Shown here: positions 39,940-53,308 of the stretch, piece after piece
How the letters are laid out: each line of letters opens with the position of its first letter
How positions within the stretch are numbered: position 1 is the first letter of the stretch
NCBI GenBank assembly: GCA_002633005.1
Contig: NMRA01000261.1
Location: 124,001 to 188,000, forward strand
Origin: Phoronis australis
Lineage: Eukaryota; Animalia; Phoronida
Length of the DNA: 64,000 nucleotides
Reading direction: 5' to 3'
Notes under the pieces: generated by a model
Told to the model about the DNA's origin: nothing
What the model saw: only the letters and a program-made list of their open reading frames with translations
The model's database searches: none
Position numbers and translations under genes: made by a program

Positions 39940-40725
39940 GCTGGACCTAAGTACTTCCACTGCCAGTTGATGGTTTGGGATTTCAGCAGAAAGTGCTGAC
40001 GTACATAGACACAAGTATGCTGACAATCACAGTGTCTAATGGCCAGCAACTGGCTACCAGTATCACTATCAATTTACAAACTTCTAAATTAATGGTGAAA
40101 TGTCAATGGTTCCAGGCGCCCCTGAACAGAACCAACAGCAGCAGAAGAACTGGTTGAAGGGTAACCGAGTATTGATACAGCTCAGTCTGCCCGTGTGTGC
40201 ACAGATGGACCACCAGAAAGACACAACAAGCAACAGTATCTGTGTCCTGATGTAATCACTCAGTGCACGGAATGACACAACCAGTAAATGAACAGTGTCT
40301 ATGTATCTGAGTCTTGATGTAACCACTGATGGATTTAACAGCAGCTCATAAGTCAAGAGTCTAATTAAGACCTAGAATGAGGGCAGTGCCTGATAGGAAA
40401 ACATGGGTTGAAGAGGTGCTTCATTAAGGAAGCCATGGATGAGGGTGAATGGTGATGACAACATTGTCAATACAACTCAGTTTAAATTTATTTATTGGAG
40501 TAAGTAAACATATGGCTATTATCCCTAAGTATGACCAGTAAAGGATCCTAAATTGTCAGGGGCACTACAAACTAAACAGTTAATTATATTGTTCTGCTTG
40601 ATAGCATACTGGGCAAGAGTTTTGGTGAGAAGCTCAAATTCAATTCATGTGGGATCAAAAGCAACAATTTAAGTGTTGTACCCTAGGACCTTGGTAGCAC
40701 TGCATGCACACTAACAGAAGCACTT

Positions 40726-41787
40726 GCCCTAATAAGCGCTCAGGGCACTTAGAAAAATTTGTTTCGGCAGGGGGTCGTTTATTGTAGACTAAGACGATTA
40801 AAACCTGTTCTCCGAAACGGGTGAAATCGGAAGCTTGGATACATCAAATTTTCGACGTACCTGTAACCTATGACAGACTGTCCACAACATTGCAGAGCAT
40901 TGCTTTCAAACTTCGTTGTTCAACTACGATCCTTTTTCAGAAAATTGTGCGGAAATCCCAAGGGCGAAAACTCGCCGACTGATGCGTCGCTGCCTCGCGA
41001 TCGTCGATATGGCAACTTAATTCTTGAATAAAAGTACACTTTCGACTCGGCAAATTACCCGACATCCTCTTCAAGTTTTCCAAATAACGTCCCTAAGACT
41101 GTTATGTTCCTGTGGAGTCGGGATTAACCGCAGATGAAGTCCAAATCTGTGCCAGATCGCACCCCGCAACACAAGAAAAATCTGGACGAAATCATATGTT
41201 GTCACGGTGACGTTTGTTTTGAAGTTCGTCTGCATGTGTGCCGAGTGAGAGAGCGTGTGTGTCATCAGAGTTCATTTGCCAGAGTAAGCAGGCCTAAAGC
41301 ATGTGCTTCCTCACAGGACAGGGGTTTTTAACACCGGTCAATTTTTTTTATTAGTCTTCGATTCGTGGTTTTCACGTGCAGAAAGAAGTCTGGATTCCTG
41401 TTGAAGAAGATCTGTACAGGAAAGATACAATACAATCCTGTTGACAAGTACGCTGCATCTTTTCTGAAAGACCTGACCATAGTGGGACACGGTCCTTGCA
41501 AAATCAGCAAAATTTTTGCATTCTTTTTGCGGAAGTTTGAAATGTATAGTCACAGCTAAATACCGACTTAGCTGCGAGGCTCATGCTTTACAAATTCTGC
41601 ACACAAAGATTTTTTCAGGACTGCTGGATATATTATTGATAAATTGAATTCTTTACTGTACAATTTTAGAATTGTAGGCAAGGCATTTTTCGCATGTATT
41701 CATAGGCTGGGCGTTTATTTCAGAGAAGTCTGAAAACACGTGGTGGGCACTTATAGGGGGCATGGGCGCTTATTAGGGCGAATACGG
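40726..41787 (+). mobile_element. pogo/mariner-type non-autonomous element, internally deleted copy of 50428..51917
   Basis: Colinear similarity; right TIR gggcgcttattagggcgaatacgg+TA is intact, left TIR is truncated. Confidence 0.88.
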
Positions 41788-42060
41788 TAGTCTTCTTCAA
41801 CACCACCCAAATTACATAATTTCCACAACCTGTTTTGATAAGGAATCCACAGATGAGGGCAAAGTGGACTGGTATGAAAACATGGGATGTGATATATGCC
41901 ACACAGATTAAGAGGGGTCTTATAAAGGAAGCAAGCCATGAATGAGGCCGATATCGCTACCAAGCTTGGAAGATGAAAAGTGTTAATCACAACACTTTAC
42001 GAAGAAAAGAAATTTGGTGGATAATGAGGTGGATGAGAAAAATCAGACAGAAGAACAAGA

Positions 42061-43820
42061 AACAAGAGCAACGCGGAGCACTGAAATACACCCATGACAG
42101 CAATGCAAACGGTGTGCTTCTATGGTGTTATATTATCACAAAATTGGCCATTAGATGGCGCAGAATGCAGCAAACCCATCCGAATTGAGAAGGAGGCGCC
42201 ATCTCTATGATACACAACTATTTGCCAAATTTCATGACAATAAGCAAAGGAACTCCTAAGATTTAGAGATAAACAAAAAAATCAATTAACACTAGGGGGC
42301 ACAGTTATAGTCTGATGAAAACATCTGTAAATTTTCGGAACTGATTCTCTAAGTGGTATGGCAGATAAGGAGGCGGACGCCAGAAAACCAACGCAAACAG
42401 AAAAAGCCACCAGGTGACGCAGAAAATGTCAAATCTGTCCGAAAATGAGATTTTATCGACTTCTTATTAGAAACCTATTTATCGAATTTCATGAAAATAC
42501 AAGAATGAACTCCAAAGATACAGAGGCAAATGTAAAAAAAAAAATTGTCACAAGGGGGCATAGTGGCCTTTGGATCAGTTTGACACTTATTACTGTTCGT
42601 CATCAGCTCCACAGAAATGCATCTTTCAAATTTCACAAAGCTCCTTCAAAGGGTTAAGGAGATTCAGCCGCAGACGCAAAAAAAAACAAAACCGCCATTA
42701 GGGGGAAACACAGGAGTTGGACTTGTCAAAAGTTGACGTCAGTTGTGGCCTTCTCATCAAAAACATCTGTAAATTTTCGTAATGATTCTTTGAGCAGTAT
42801 GACAGATAGAGAGACGGACACTAGAAAACAGACGTAAAAATAACAAAAATGGCCACAAGGTGGCGAAAAATCTGTTGAATATGTTTGAAAATGCAATGGT
42901 ATCATTGCATCTTTATTAAAAACCTATTTGCCGAATTTCTTGAAAATCCATCAAGGAACTTCAGAAATACAGAGGCAAACACAGAAACTATAACTGCCAC
43001 TAGGGGGCACATCCAAACTCGGATCGCTCCAAAACTCGTCGCCATCTGCCATCAGCTGTATAGAAACACACCAGGCAAATTTCAATAAGATGCTATATGG
43101 GTTTTAGGAGATACAGCTGCGGACGACCAGAGATGACGACAATAAGCACCCACATATAAACATAAGGTATTGTTACCTCTTTAATAGAAACCTATTTGCT
43201 AAATTTTACAAAAAAATGTACTTGAAAATTTTTAAATGACAACAACGTGGTGCAGAATATGTCAAATCCATCAAAAAACTGGAAGGAATCGTTGTCTCGT
43301 TAAAAGAAACCTATTTGTCAAATTTCATGAAAGTCCATCAAGGACCTCCAAAGATACAGAGAAAACAAAAAAATGTCATTACGGGGCAGAGCAGAAGTTG
43401 GATTGGTTTGAAACTCCTGGTCATCTCTCGTCAGCATCACAAGAATATATCTGCCAAATTTCATTACGAACCTGCAAGGCGAGAGAGAGAGACAAAGGCA
43501 ATGTGCGCATATAAATATAAATCTAAATAAATAAATATAAAAATAGTCACTAAGTCGCGCATAATCCATACAAAAATAAGAACTGTTTTAAAAGGAACCT
43601 TTTCTTAAATTCGTGAAAATCCGTCAAGGAGCTAAGTAGGTAATGGGTACAGTAACAAATGGCCACAAAGGTCTCAACAACAATCAAAACACTGGAGCCA
43701 TTAAATCCATGAAAGGAACAAGTCACCAAAATTTCATTGGACATTCCTTGTGGAATTTCGCAGATGTGGAGAAGACACCAGAAGGATGGATGCACAGACA
43801 GCAAAATGCACCCACGTCAT
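42061..43820 (+). mobile_element. HINE-like element, copy 4 (long; about 11 internal units)
   Basis: aacaagagc start; recurring gccactagggggc-type and aacctatttg.c.aatttc.tgaaaat.c.tcaaggaactcc motifs. Confidence 0.75.
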
Positions 43821-46051
43821 CATAACACTAAATTGTCATGAGAGACCGTCCGGAGTTGGTACATGGTGCAACTCAGGACGGTCTGGGGTCAACAAAAAAC
43901 CACAGTTCAACTGTGAGTCTACACCAATGTGACAAACGAGAGTAGTTCTACTTGCTGCGTTAGCTGCAGGTATGCTTATCTCTTTTATGACACACGATGT
44001 GTGACTGGAGAAAGCGTTTTCAAAATAATGTGGATAAATCAGTGGAGTGTGAGACCCCTGAGGTCCCTGTCAAGTCCTCACGACAATTCTACGTTATGTA
44101 AAAATGGTGCAGGATGAGAGGTTAATAGCATGTGAGGGATGAGTTTTGTGCATAAGGAAGCCCAAGCTGTGCTCGTTTGTTGTAGATTCATTCATTCATT
44201 TCTTTGTCAGGAAAGAACATAGGCAATCTACGCAAGTGTCATGATTATAGTGTACCTAAGCACCGTACAGTGTCATTTCATAACATGCCAAAATGGGGCG
44301 CTGAGGTAGCTGAATCCCTCTATAAATTCAAATAGCACTGATTATGATTTTGTAGATATTAGGCTAAACATGCATACTTGTTGATACCCTCCTACACTTA
44401 CACAACCATATGTGTACTTAACATAAACTTAGCAGCTGCTTCAAAAGCCCAAAAATCTGGATAACAACTCACAGATCTTGTTCATTTGCAATAAGTATAA
44501 AATTTGCTTGAAGTGGGTACAAAGATCCAATATTTCTGTGTTTTTGGCATAACTTTCAAAATATCCATTTTAAAGGTATCCCAGGAAAGAATTAAAGGTT
44601 TTGCTTTCTTGGTGATTTTGTTGTTGTTGCAGTTTTTGTAATCAAAAATAGCAAAAATCGTCCATGTCACCTGGCCTCAGTTGTAAGAGGTGCAACTGTC
44701 AAAGAAATGGCAGTTTTTAACAGAAATTATGAATGTTGATCATTATTTTATCCAAGCGTACAGACTAGCTATATGCCAAAAATCAGTCATTCACCTGTCT
44801 CCTACTTATGCCTAAGTTTCGCACAGAATGGCGACTCTGATAACAGAGAGTAAAAGATGATTAACAGGAATCAATGTTAACAGAGCCACTATTTCAACAT
44901 AATATAGAACTGTGAGAAGACTGACGGCAGCTGAAGGAAAGCCGAAGCGTACAATTTAATGTCATGATCAATATCATTGTCATGGAAGTTGGCTAAAGAG
45001 CAAGATATCTGCAAATTAGGATCAAGTTTCATTACTATGAACAACAACAGAAAGGCTTGGTGAGAACTGCTGTGGTCAACAAGAAGTTAAAAAGAAAAAC
45101 AAGTTTGTCACTTGAATACATCTTCAAATTCAAATAAATTTCTTTTAATTGGATTTACCCGTTAGTTTATAGAAAAACAAACAAATTGCCAATGATTGAA
45201 TGGTAAATGCTCAGTCATTGAAGTCCTCATTAAACAGAGAATGAAGAGAACCTCATCAAATGCAAAATTTCATATATTAAATCTAAAAGCTGTGAAATTT
45301 AAAAATGTTTGAAAACATTTTGTGGTTCATTAAACAAATTCACTTGTGAAGATTCATTTGGGAAATTTTGGAAGAAGTTAAACTAAACCTCAAACCGAAG
45401 GTGCCAACATGTTCTGCTCATCTTCATCAGACTGAATTACATATCTGAGCACATCACATTTGTAACATCTATGTTTGTGGGGCCATCTGTTGATGTCAAG
45501 TAGTTTAACACACGAGAACAACAAACTAATATTGACAAGTGAACGTAAAAATAATTACATTACAGTCGTACTATCAATCAATGAATGGTAAGTGTATTGA
45601 CGATATGTCATACTAGGTGACAGTGATCCCAGTTTAATCTCAATGAGTGTAAGCGATTATTGAAGAGAGCATGTTTAGTGCATCTGAAATCCCTCACTAT
45701 TTGATCAACCATAGATTATTAAACGTAACGTCAAACAACTGAGCTGGCCAATCATATGTGCACAGTGTCTCTAATCGAAACAAATTATCACCGATTGTTG
45801 CCCAAAACTACAGAAAACAATTCAGAATTAATCTTGACTTAATTAAGTTCATCTTCAAGACATGCTGATTACATGTGCACTCCTGCAATCACAATAACTC
45901 GTTTTCACAAAGTATGCCTACAAGGCATTAGATACAAGTTCAGTGGATTCATCAAGACATAACAGTTGGACACATGCCTTTAAACCAGAGCAAACAAGAT
46001 ATTAATAACAACACACATGTGTGATGACAGAGCAGCAGTAAAATAATTTAC

Positions 46052-46377
46052 CTTTGGCATATGTTGACTAGTGAATGAATAGCTTCTTGGTTTTGATTCA
46101 GATATGAAGTTAACTCCGCAGCTTCCTTCTGCAAACCTTGGCGCCGGGTTTTTAAAGCATTTTCAGTCGACTTATCCATGACAATGTTGTTTCTATGTAC
46201 GCTGTCACCTGCCAAAGATGATATGTCCCCTGGGTATTGGTAACCAAACAGTTTGCCAGCAAGTGGTACATCGGGCTGGGGGTTGAGTGCCTTCACAAAG
46301 TGCATCACGTCTGTCTTGGGATTGACTTGCTTGCACACGTTGAGTATACCTTCGTATCTTCTGCACTCATCTCTAGC
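46052..46377 (-). CDS. Exon 7: end of F-BAR plus coiled-coil (FX-like) extension (ARDECRRYEG...IHSLVNICQR)
   Basis: ttgtttttacag acceptor, AG|gtaaat donor, 326 nt, phase 0 to 2; matches ORF 46048..46401. Confidence 0.92.
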
Positions 46378-46834
46378 CTGTAAAAACAATATAACAATCA
46401 TCTAGTCAGCTGAACACACCATCATCAAAAAACGTCCAACATGCAGTTCTTTGGCTTTGCCGTGATGACCACAACATTCTGTATCACCAGAGGTCATTTC
46501 AAAATGTTGCCACTATAATGGAAAATGGCTATTTGCTAAACAACCACTAAACCTTTTTTTGACATCACCTACTCAACAACATTTGACTCTATTCACCTCA
46601 CTTCATCATCTGATCTTTTTTTAACAATTCCACTGACTACAACAACCGCGTACATAGCAAGAACCAACTCTGAGCTCACTGTGCCCCCGGTAAAGACTTA
46701 TCGTTATAAGAACTAGTGCATTTAAGTTATATTTACAATTCAGTAATTCCAGTGAACAAATATATGGTATAATACAATGTATTTCAAGCTTGTAGTTAAC
46801 CAGACAACCCACCTCCACTTCAAGGCTGACCTAC

Positions 46835-46915
46835 CTTGCTTACAAGTAAGAAGGAGTGCATCTCAATAGCCCCATTTAGAGTATTACTGGTATCGATGTA
46901 AATTTCTTCGAGTTC
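46835..46915 (-). CDS. F-BAR exon 6 (ELEEIYIDTSNTLNGAIEMHSFLLVSK)
   Basis: tctttttaag acceptor, AAG|gtaggt donor, 81 nt, phase 0-0, keeps the frame. Confidence 0.88.
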
Positions 46916-47140
46916 CTTAAAAAGAATTTTAACCAATATGTCAAGTTATTTTAATACAAAGAAAGTTATTGGATATAACACGCGACTTAAAAAAATATAC
47001 AGCTTTTAATGGAAGCAAAAAACATTTTTCAAGTTGATCTTACCATTCAGGATCTAATTCCAGTTACCTGGTGTTGATTTTTTTTTTATTTAAAATTTAA
47101 ATCTTGATTAAATTGGTCTCAACTTGTCCCGCACTCAGAT

Positions 47141-47740
47141 CAACAAGAGTGCGCGCTGAGTGCAACACCTACAGCACAGATACAAGAGGTGATCATCATT
47201 TAAATATTCCCACTTCATCTTTATATAGCCACTAGGGGGCGCAAAGCAGGTCAGTAATACTCTCCTTAATATGAACAAACTTGCCACCCTTCACTCAACT
47301 TGGAGGACAGGAAGGCGTGTGCTCCCTGGACTTAACTCCAATTGTAGTAATTAAAAATTAAACAGAAATTAACAAAATCAATAAAAGGGCCACTAGAAAG
47401 TGATAGTGAAATATTTAAATATTTGCAGAATTTCATGGACATCCATCAAATTGCCACTAGGGAATCCACAGTAGTCAGATTTGACAACAAAAACACATAC
47501 ATATTTGATGAAGATTCATCAAGGAACTTGGTAAACATTGAGCCACAGGCAAAAAAAAACAAAATTGCCACTAGAGGGCGTTACAGCAGTCAGCCCTGTC
47601 CAAAAATCATTGCCAGGCATGCGCTTTCTGGAAGGAACACGTATGCCACCCAAAAGTTTTGGAGATACAGCAACAGACGTCAGACAGATGATGAACAGAC
47701 GTATGGATAGGGATGACGGCATAATACGGCCACATATCAA
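47141..47740 (+). mobile_element. HINE-like element, copy 5
   Basis: aacaagag start, gccactagggggcgc units, agggatgacggcataat tail shared with copy 1. Confidence 0.7.
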
Positions 47741-47893
47741 AAGGATTTCCCATCTTAGAAAGTACTTCAAGTTCATTATTGCTGAAGTCCAGAACTGACT
47801 TCTAATCTGAGTAACGAATGAGATGAAACAAAAAGTAGGTGACCTATTAACTAGTTGGTCTTTTTCAGCAGCTCTACTACTACGAGTTCATAC

Positions 47894-48061
47894 TTCCAAA
47901 CAGCTCGGCAGCATTTCCATATTGTAAACTTCGATGAACTTGTTGCAGGTCTTCAGTTGCAAGACGTAGTCATTGTGAGAGTTGAGATAGTTGATCTTCA
48001 TGACTTCGCGTCCACTGTTGCTGGTGTATGTCTGGTAACTGTCTTCATACAGTCTGTGTAA
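47894..48061 (-). CDS. F-BAR exon 5 (LHRLYEDSYQ...HNDYVLQLKTCNKFIEVYNMEMLPSCLE)
   Basis: gtcttgtag acceptor, GAA|gtatga donor, 168 nt, phase 0-0; HNDYVL...Y....LP...L motif resembles FES/FER/srGAP/FCHSD F-BAR domains. Confidence 0.92.
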
Positions 48062-48250
48062 CTACAAGACACCAATATAACATTTAAATAGAGATCGCAT
48101 TTGTAAATTGTGCGGGCAAGATTTCATTAACAAAATCCTCAGATCCATACATCATACAAAAAAAAATATTTCTTTTACAAAATCTTCATTTAATATCTAT
48201 AAAATTAATCATGATTATCTTCAGAGTAATAAATCCTGGTGTATTATTAC

Positions 48251-48403
48251 CTCATTCATTTGGTCTTCTGATTTATCAATCATGCCTTCAAATGCCTCCT
48301 GAAAGCTGTACACCTTCTTAGCCTGACTCTTCTTGTAGGCAGCTACCTCCATGAGAGGACTGTAAACACTCCTCTGCAGGCGAGTGGCCATGTCTGTGTG
48401 TGC
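48251..48403 (-). CDS. F-BAR exon 4 (AHTDMATRLQRSVYSPLMEVAAYKKSQAKKVYSFQEAFEGMIDKSEDQMNE)
   Basis: ttgttag acceptor, GAG|gtaata donor, 153 nt, phase 0-0; H...A..L...V..PL F-BAR pattern. Confidence 0.92.
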
Positions 48404-49889
48404 CTAACAATGGTTAAACGCATTGTTTTTGAAATTTTCCACTTTTACACGAGGGGCTATCAAAAATAGGACTTTATGATTCTTTTGAAAAAACTCAAGT
48501 GTGGCATAAAACGAAAATGAAATAATTTAACTGTAACAGCATTTTTGAGATTTCATCTTGGTGATGTTCTTGATATTGTTTTGTTATGGATGTACCTTTC
48601 ATGATTTTTAGAAATTTTAGTAAAAGACATGGTTACGTGATCAAATTAATAGATTTTTATAAAGTCAAAATTCTACAGGCTTTGTACTTTCAAAAAATAA
48701 AATTATACTATTTTAGTTAAAATCTACAGTTTTGTAGACAAGTGGCTAACACACATCTATGGTATAGTGACTAGTTTGTGTACATTTCAGACAAGTTGGA
48801 TTTCCCTTCTAACTCAAATAAAACCTCTCGGACACACTGGATCTGACTTGTGTAAATTTCACTGTAGAAGTATAAGTCGAATGCAGTCTATATGCCCGGC
48901 CAGGAATCAGCTCTCATCCCGACAGCAAGTGTGCTATATCATCTTTAGCAAAAACCTAACAGTCATATATCTTTGACAGTGGCAGAACAATCCCTTTAGG
49001 GTGGACAGTAGTGGGTAGCAGTCTCCAATGTGCTGTACAATATTTTTAACGTTACGCACCCACACAGTGGAATGAGCATCCCGACTGACTGATCAGCCAG
49101 TGGGGATACAGTCGTGTTGTTATCAGTTTGGGACAGTGGCATAAACCAAATTAATGTTTACATAGTCCAGCTCTCTTATTGTCTGCTTTCATCTGATTCT
49201 CACATAATGCAGCAATTATGTTGTAAACAGAGCCCTGATGCCAACCGATATTTAAAAATACTATTTGCAAACGACTTTCAAGAAATGTCGTGAAGCAGAA
49301 CTGATATATTTGTGTGAAATACTTTCACCAAAAAAATTCAAATGGAGAAAAACGGTTGACATTCAAAAACATTAGACTAAACTTTCACCTGTTGATTCTT
49401 TTGTGTGACTGTAAGCTCTGATCAGATTAGATCATGCTTATGAAAATTTCTTGATTTTTACACTCTAGGAGAATGGTACCTAATGACAACATGCAAGTGG
49501 GTTTTGTACTGAAAGGATACTAAGAATGCCATTACATAAATAGAATAAATGCAAGCCACACACTTCACAGCCATTACCATTACCTATTTACCATTAGCGC
49601 AAGTGACTAGTTGGTTTAAGTATAACCCAATTAGCAGGCTCAAGCAAGGACTGATGATCTGCAGTGGCCAGAAAAGAAAGACCCTGTCGATATAGGCATC
49701 TTTAACAAGAGACTTACTGTCACAGTGGTATTTTAGCTCTTCTCAATTACATTGTAAGTTATTAACACATTTTAATCTTCACCTTTAATGTTTTTTAACT
49801 AATGTGCTTCTGCCATTGAGAAGGTTTTATAATAAATGTGGCAAGCTAATTTTTCAAAAATGAAAGATAAGAAATTTTGCTTCGAAAAC

Positions 49890-50355
49890 TATAACGGACA
49901 GCAGGGGGTGCCATGACAGTGATTCCATTTGAAAATTGACTGGTGTTGGCACATTCCTACCACATGCCAAAAGTATATGCACAAATAATTTCTGAAATGG
50001 CCAACAGGGTGGTATGTTAGTCGTATCCACCTGAAAATTGTCAGGTGCCAGGACATTCCTAAGGCATACCTCTGCATCAAGTTTTGGAAAAAATTGTCAA
50101 GAAGTTTTGTTAAAAATTGATGAACAAAAAATTTCTTGTTAAAAATCAAAACTGCCAATAGGGGGTGCCAAAGTCATTGAATATGTCAGAAAATCAGCTG
50201 GTGCCGGCGCAGTACCCGCCATAAAACTCAGTAATAAATTTCATGATCCCTAGAACAGTTTTTGAGAAAATCAACAGAAATAAGAGGTAACAATGGATGG
50301 ACCGATGACAGACAGGTTGCTGACTTCATGCAAATACAAATGTGGATGCAAAACG
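49890..50355 (+). mobile_element. Related HINE-like subfamily fragment (similar copy at ~52260..52905)
   Basis: gccaacagggggtgcca units; tail aaatgtggatgcaaaa similar to copy 1. Confidence 0.5.
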
Positions 50356-50427
50356 AATGCCCAAAATAACATGGATATCCATGGCTCACTACACGCGAGG
50401 GGACAGCATTGGTTTTTTCTTGACATA

Positions 50428-51917
50428 CCGTATTCGCCGTAACAACCGCCCAGGACGCTAAGAAAAGTTCGTTTCAGGAGGGGGGCGCTTACTATAACCC
50501 AAGACCGTTGAAACCCGATCTCCGAAACAGGTGAAATCGGAAGCTATGATTTATCACATTTACGCTCTGTGACGTATCTGTAATCTATGAAAGAATTACT
50601 ACAAAATCGTGATGCATTGCTATCAAATTTTGATGCTAAATTACCATCATTTTACAGAAAATTATGCTGAAATCCCAGGCCGAAAACTCGCCGACTGACT
50701 GCCTTGCAATCGTCGATATGGCGGATATGGCGACTTGAATGCTTGAATAAAAATACAGTTTCGACTCAAGCAAATTACCTGAAATCCTCTGAAGTTTTCC
50801 AGGTAGCGCCCCTAAGATTTTTAAGTTCCCGTGGAGTTGGGATTAACGGCAGGTTAAAGTACAAATCTGTGCTACATCGTGCCATCTACATGTATGAGAA
50901 AAATGTCTGGACGAACACAGATGTTGTCACGTGACGTTTGTTTTGAAGTTGTCTGCGATTCTGAGTAAGCGAGCGCGTGCGTGTCACCAGAGTTCATTTG
51001 CCAGAGCAGATACCGTCTTTTGGCCAGAGCCACGCAATCGAACGAGCTAGATGTGCATTGTATCTAAAGAAATTTGCACACAAGTAGTAGGCCTAAACCA
51101 GAGCGTGTTTCATTCAGCATTTGCCGGACTCATGTGCTAAAAACGTTCGACATTTGTCTCGGTAAGTCGCCGTGTGGCTGGATGCGTAGGTGACAGTTAT
51201 TTTTCGGTGTAAGGGTGTGTAAGCATTCACTGTCAGTGGTCATTTTATCGGATATTTGGCTTGAAAACACCAAGTATGGTTAATCAAACAATTCATCTTA
51301 AAAATGACGCAAACATTTTTTATAGTATTAGAAACTGTCAGAAATAAGTGCCAATATTCATTTCATGCCGATGCTATCCTACCCATTTCATCAATGGATA
51401 GTTCAGGCTAATGTCTTTGATGACAGGTTCATGTATGTAGCGCGCACTTCCTGGCCACGAGCTTTTAACACTGGCCAAGCCTTTTATTAGTCTTTGATTC
51501 GCAGATTTCACGTGTACAAAGAAATTTGGATTCCTGTTGAAAGCGGGAACTATCAGAAAGCAATCCCGTAGACAAGTACACTACGTCTGTTCTGAAAGGC
51601 CAGGCCATTGGTCCTCGCAAGATCAGCAAAACTTTTGTGTTCGTTTTGAGGCATGGCTGAAGTTTGAAGTGTATAGTCACGGCTAAATACTGACATAGCG
51701 GCGAGGCTCGTGGTCGACAAATTCTGCGCACAATGATTTTTTTCAGGCCTGTCCGATACTATTGATAAATTGGTGACATTACTGTAGAATTTTAGGACTG
51801 TAGGTAAGGCATTTTTCGCACGTACACGTTCATGGACTGGGCGCTTATTTCATCAAAGTCTGAAAACGCATGGGGGGGCGCTTATAGGGGCATGGGCGGT
51901 TATTACGGCGAATACGG
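50428..51917 (+). mobile_element. Full-length non-autonomous pogo/Tc1-mariner-type element (1.49 kb)
   Basis: TIRs ccgtattcgccgtaacaaccgccc / gggcggttattacggcgaatacgg, TA on both flanks. Confidence 0.9.
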
Positions 51918-51955
51918 TAATGCTTGACATGCAGCTGAGTGCTGTCTATACTGAC

Positions 51956-52028
51956 CTGACCATCTACCTCGACCTCGGCCAACAGAGAGTCCCAAGCTGC
52001 TTCCAGCGAACTTGGGCAGTCGACAGGA
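51956..52028 (-). CDS. F-BAR exon 3 (PVDCPSSLEAAWDSLLAEVEVDGQ)
   Basis: catttcag acceptor, CAG|gtcagt donor, 73 nt, phase 2 to 0; contains the F-BAR SL..AW..LL.E signature. Confidence 0.92.
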
Positions 52029-52946
52029 CTGAAATGAGCACATGACAATGACAAGAAAGAAGGCAGGTTAAATAATAGCAGCTTCGGTACAACATATCTA
52101 TAAATGACAACCTGTCTGCAATAACCCTCAAAGTCACATACACTTTAGGCATCATAGCTTCAGTTTTCATTCCCTTATAGTTGCAGTAATGCTACAGAAC
52201 TTGAAAACGGTAAAATATGATTACTTTGGTGTTACTTATCATTCATGACATGAGTACATAACTGCAACACAAATGACATGCTTCCTGGGGGGTGTTTATT
52301 AGTATTATCTTATATACAATAATTAGAAATAGACTGGAGCCGCTAGCATCCAATCCATACACCTCTACGCACTCAAAGCCTTTTTTGATAGAAATAAAGG
52401 ACAGCTACTATCTTATCGATACCTAAAAGAGCCAACAGGGGGTGCCACAGTAATCCAATATGTCCGATAATCAATTGGTGTCAGCACTAAACATCGTCAA
52501 GTCATTTACCTAAAATTGATGGACAAGGAATATGTTAATGAAAACTAAAATGGCAAACAGGGGTTGCCACAGTAAATGAATAAGCCCAAAAATCAACTAT
52601 ACCCATGCATTACCACCAAACGCCTGTTTCAAGTTCCGCCTAAATGTTAACTCAATTAGTCAGTAATTGATGAACAATGAATTTCTTGTTGAAAACTAAA
52701 ACAGACAACACAGCAGCCATAGTAGTTGGATCCATCCATACCATGATCAACTACCGTGCTTACACATTCCCACCATATGACTTTGTGCCAAATTTCAACA
52801 CGATCCATCAACTGGTTTTCAATAAGATCAACATGCAAGAACAGGTAACATTGGATGACCAGTAAGTTGTCTCCATGCGACCAAAAATTTTTTTGTGGGC
52901 GCATAACAAATGAGAAATTACTGTTCCTTCCTACTATGTCCCTTCG

Positions 52947-53308
52947 TCCTACAGTGATGAGATATTACCCTACAGTGATGAGATATTACCCTACAGTGAT
53001 GAGATATTACCTACAGTGATGAGATGTTACACTACAGTGATGAGATATTATACTACAGTGATGAGATATTGCCCTACAGTGATGAGATATTGTCCTACAG
53101 TGATGAGATATTGCCCTACAGTGATGAGATATTGCCACACAGTGATGAGATATTGCCCTACAGTGATGAGATATGGCCCTACAGCGATGAGATATTGCCC
53201 CGCAGTGATGAGATATTACCCAGCAGTGATGAGATATTGCCCTGCAGTGAGGAGATATTGCCCTGAAGTGATGAGATATTGCCCTACAGTGATGAGATAT
53301 TGCCCTAC
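52947..53308. repeat. 21-bp minisatellite (ctacagtgatgagatattgcc), about 17 copies
   Basis: Directly visible; ends about 26 bp from the donor of exon 2. Confidence 0.97.
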
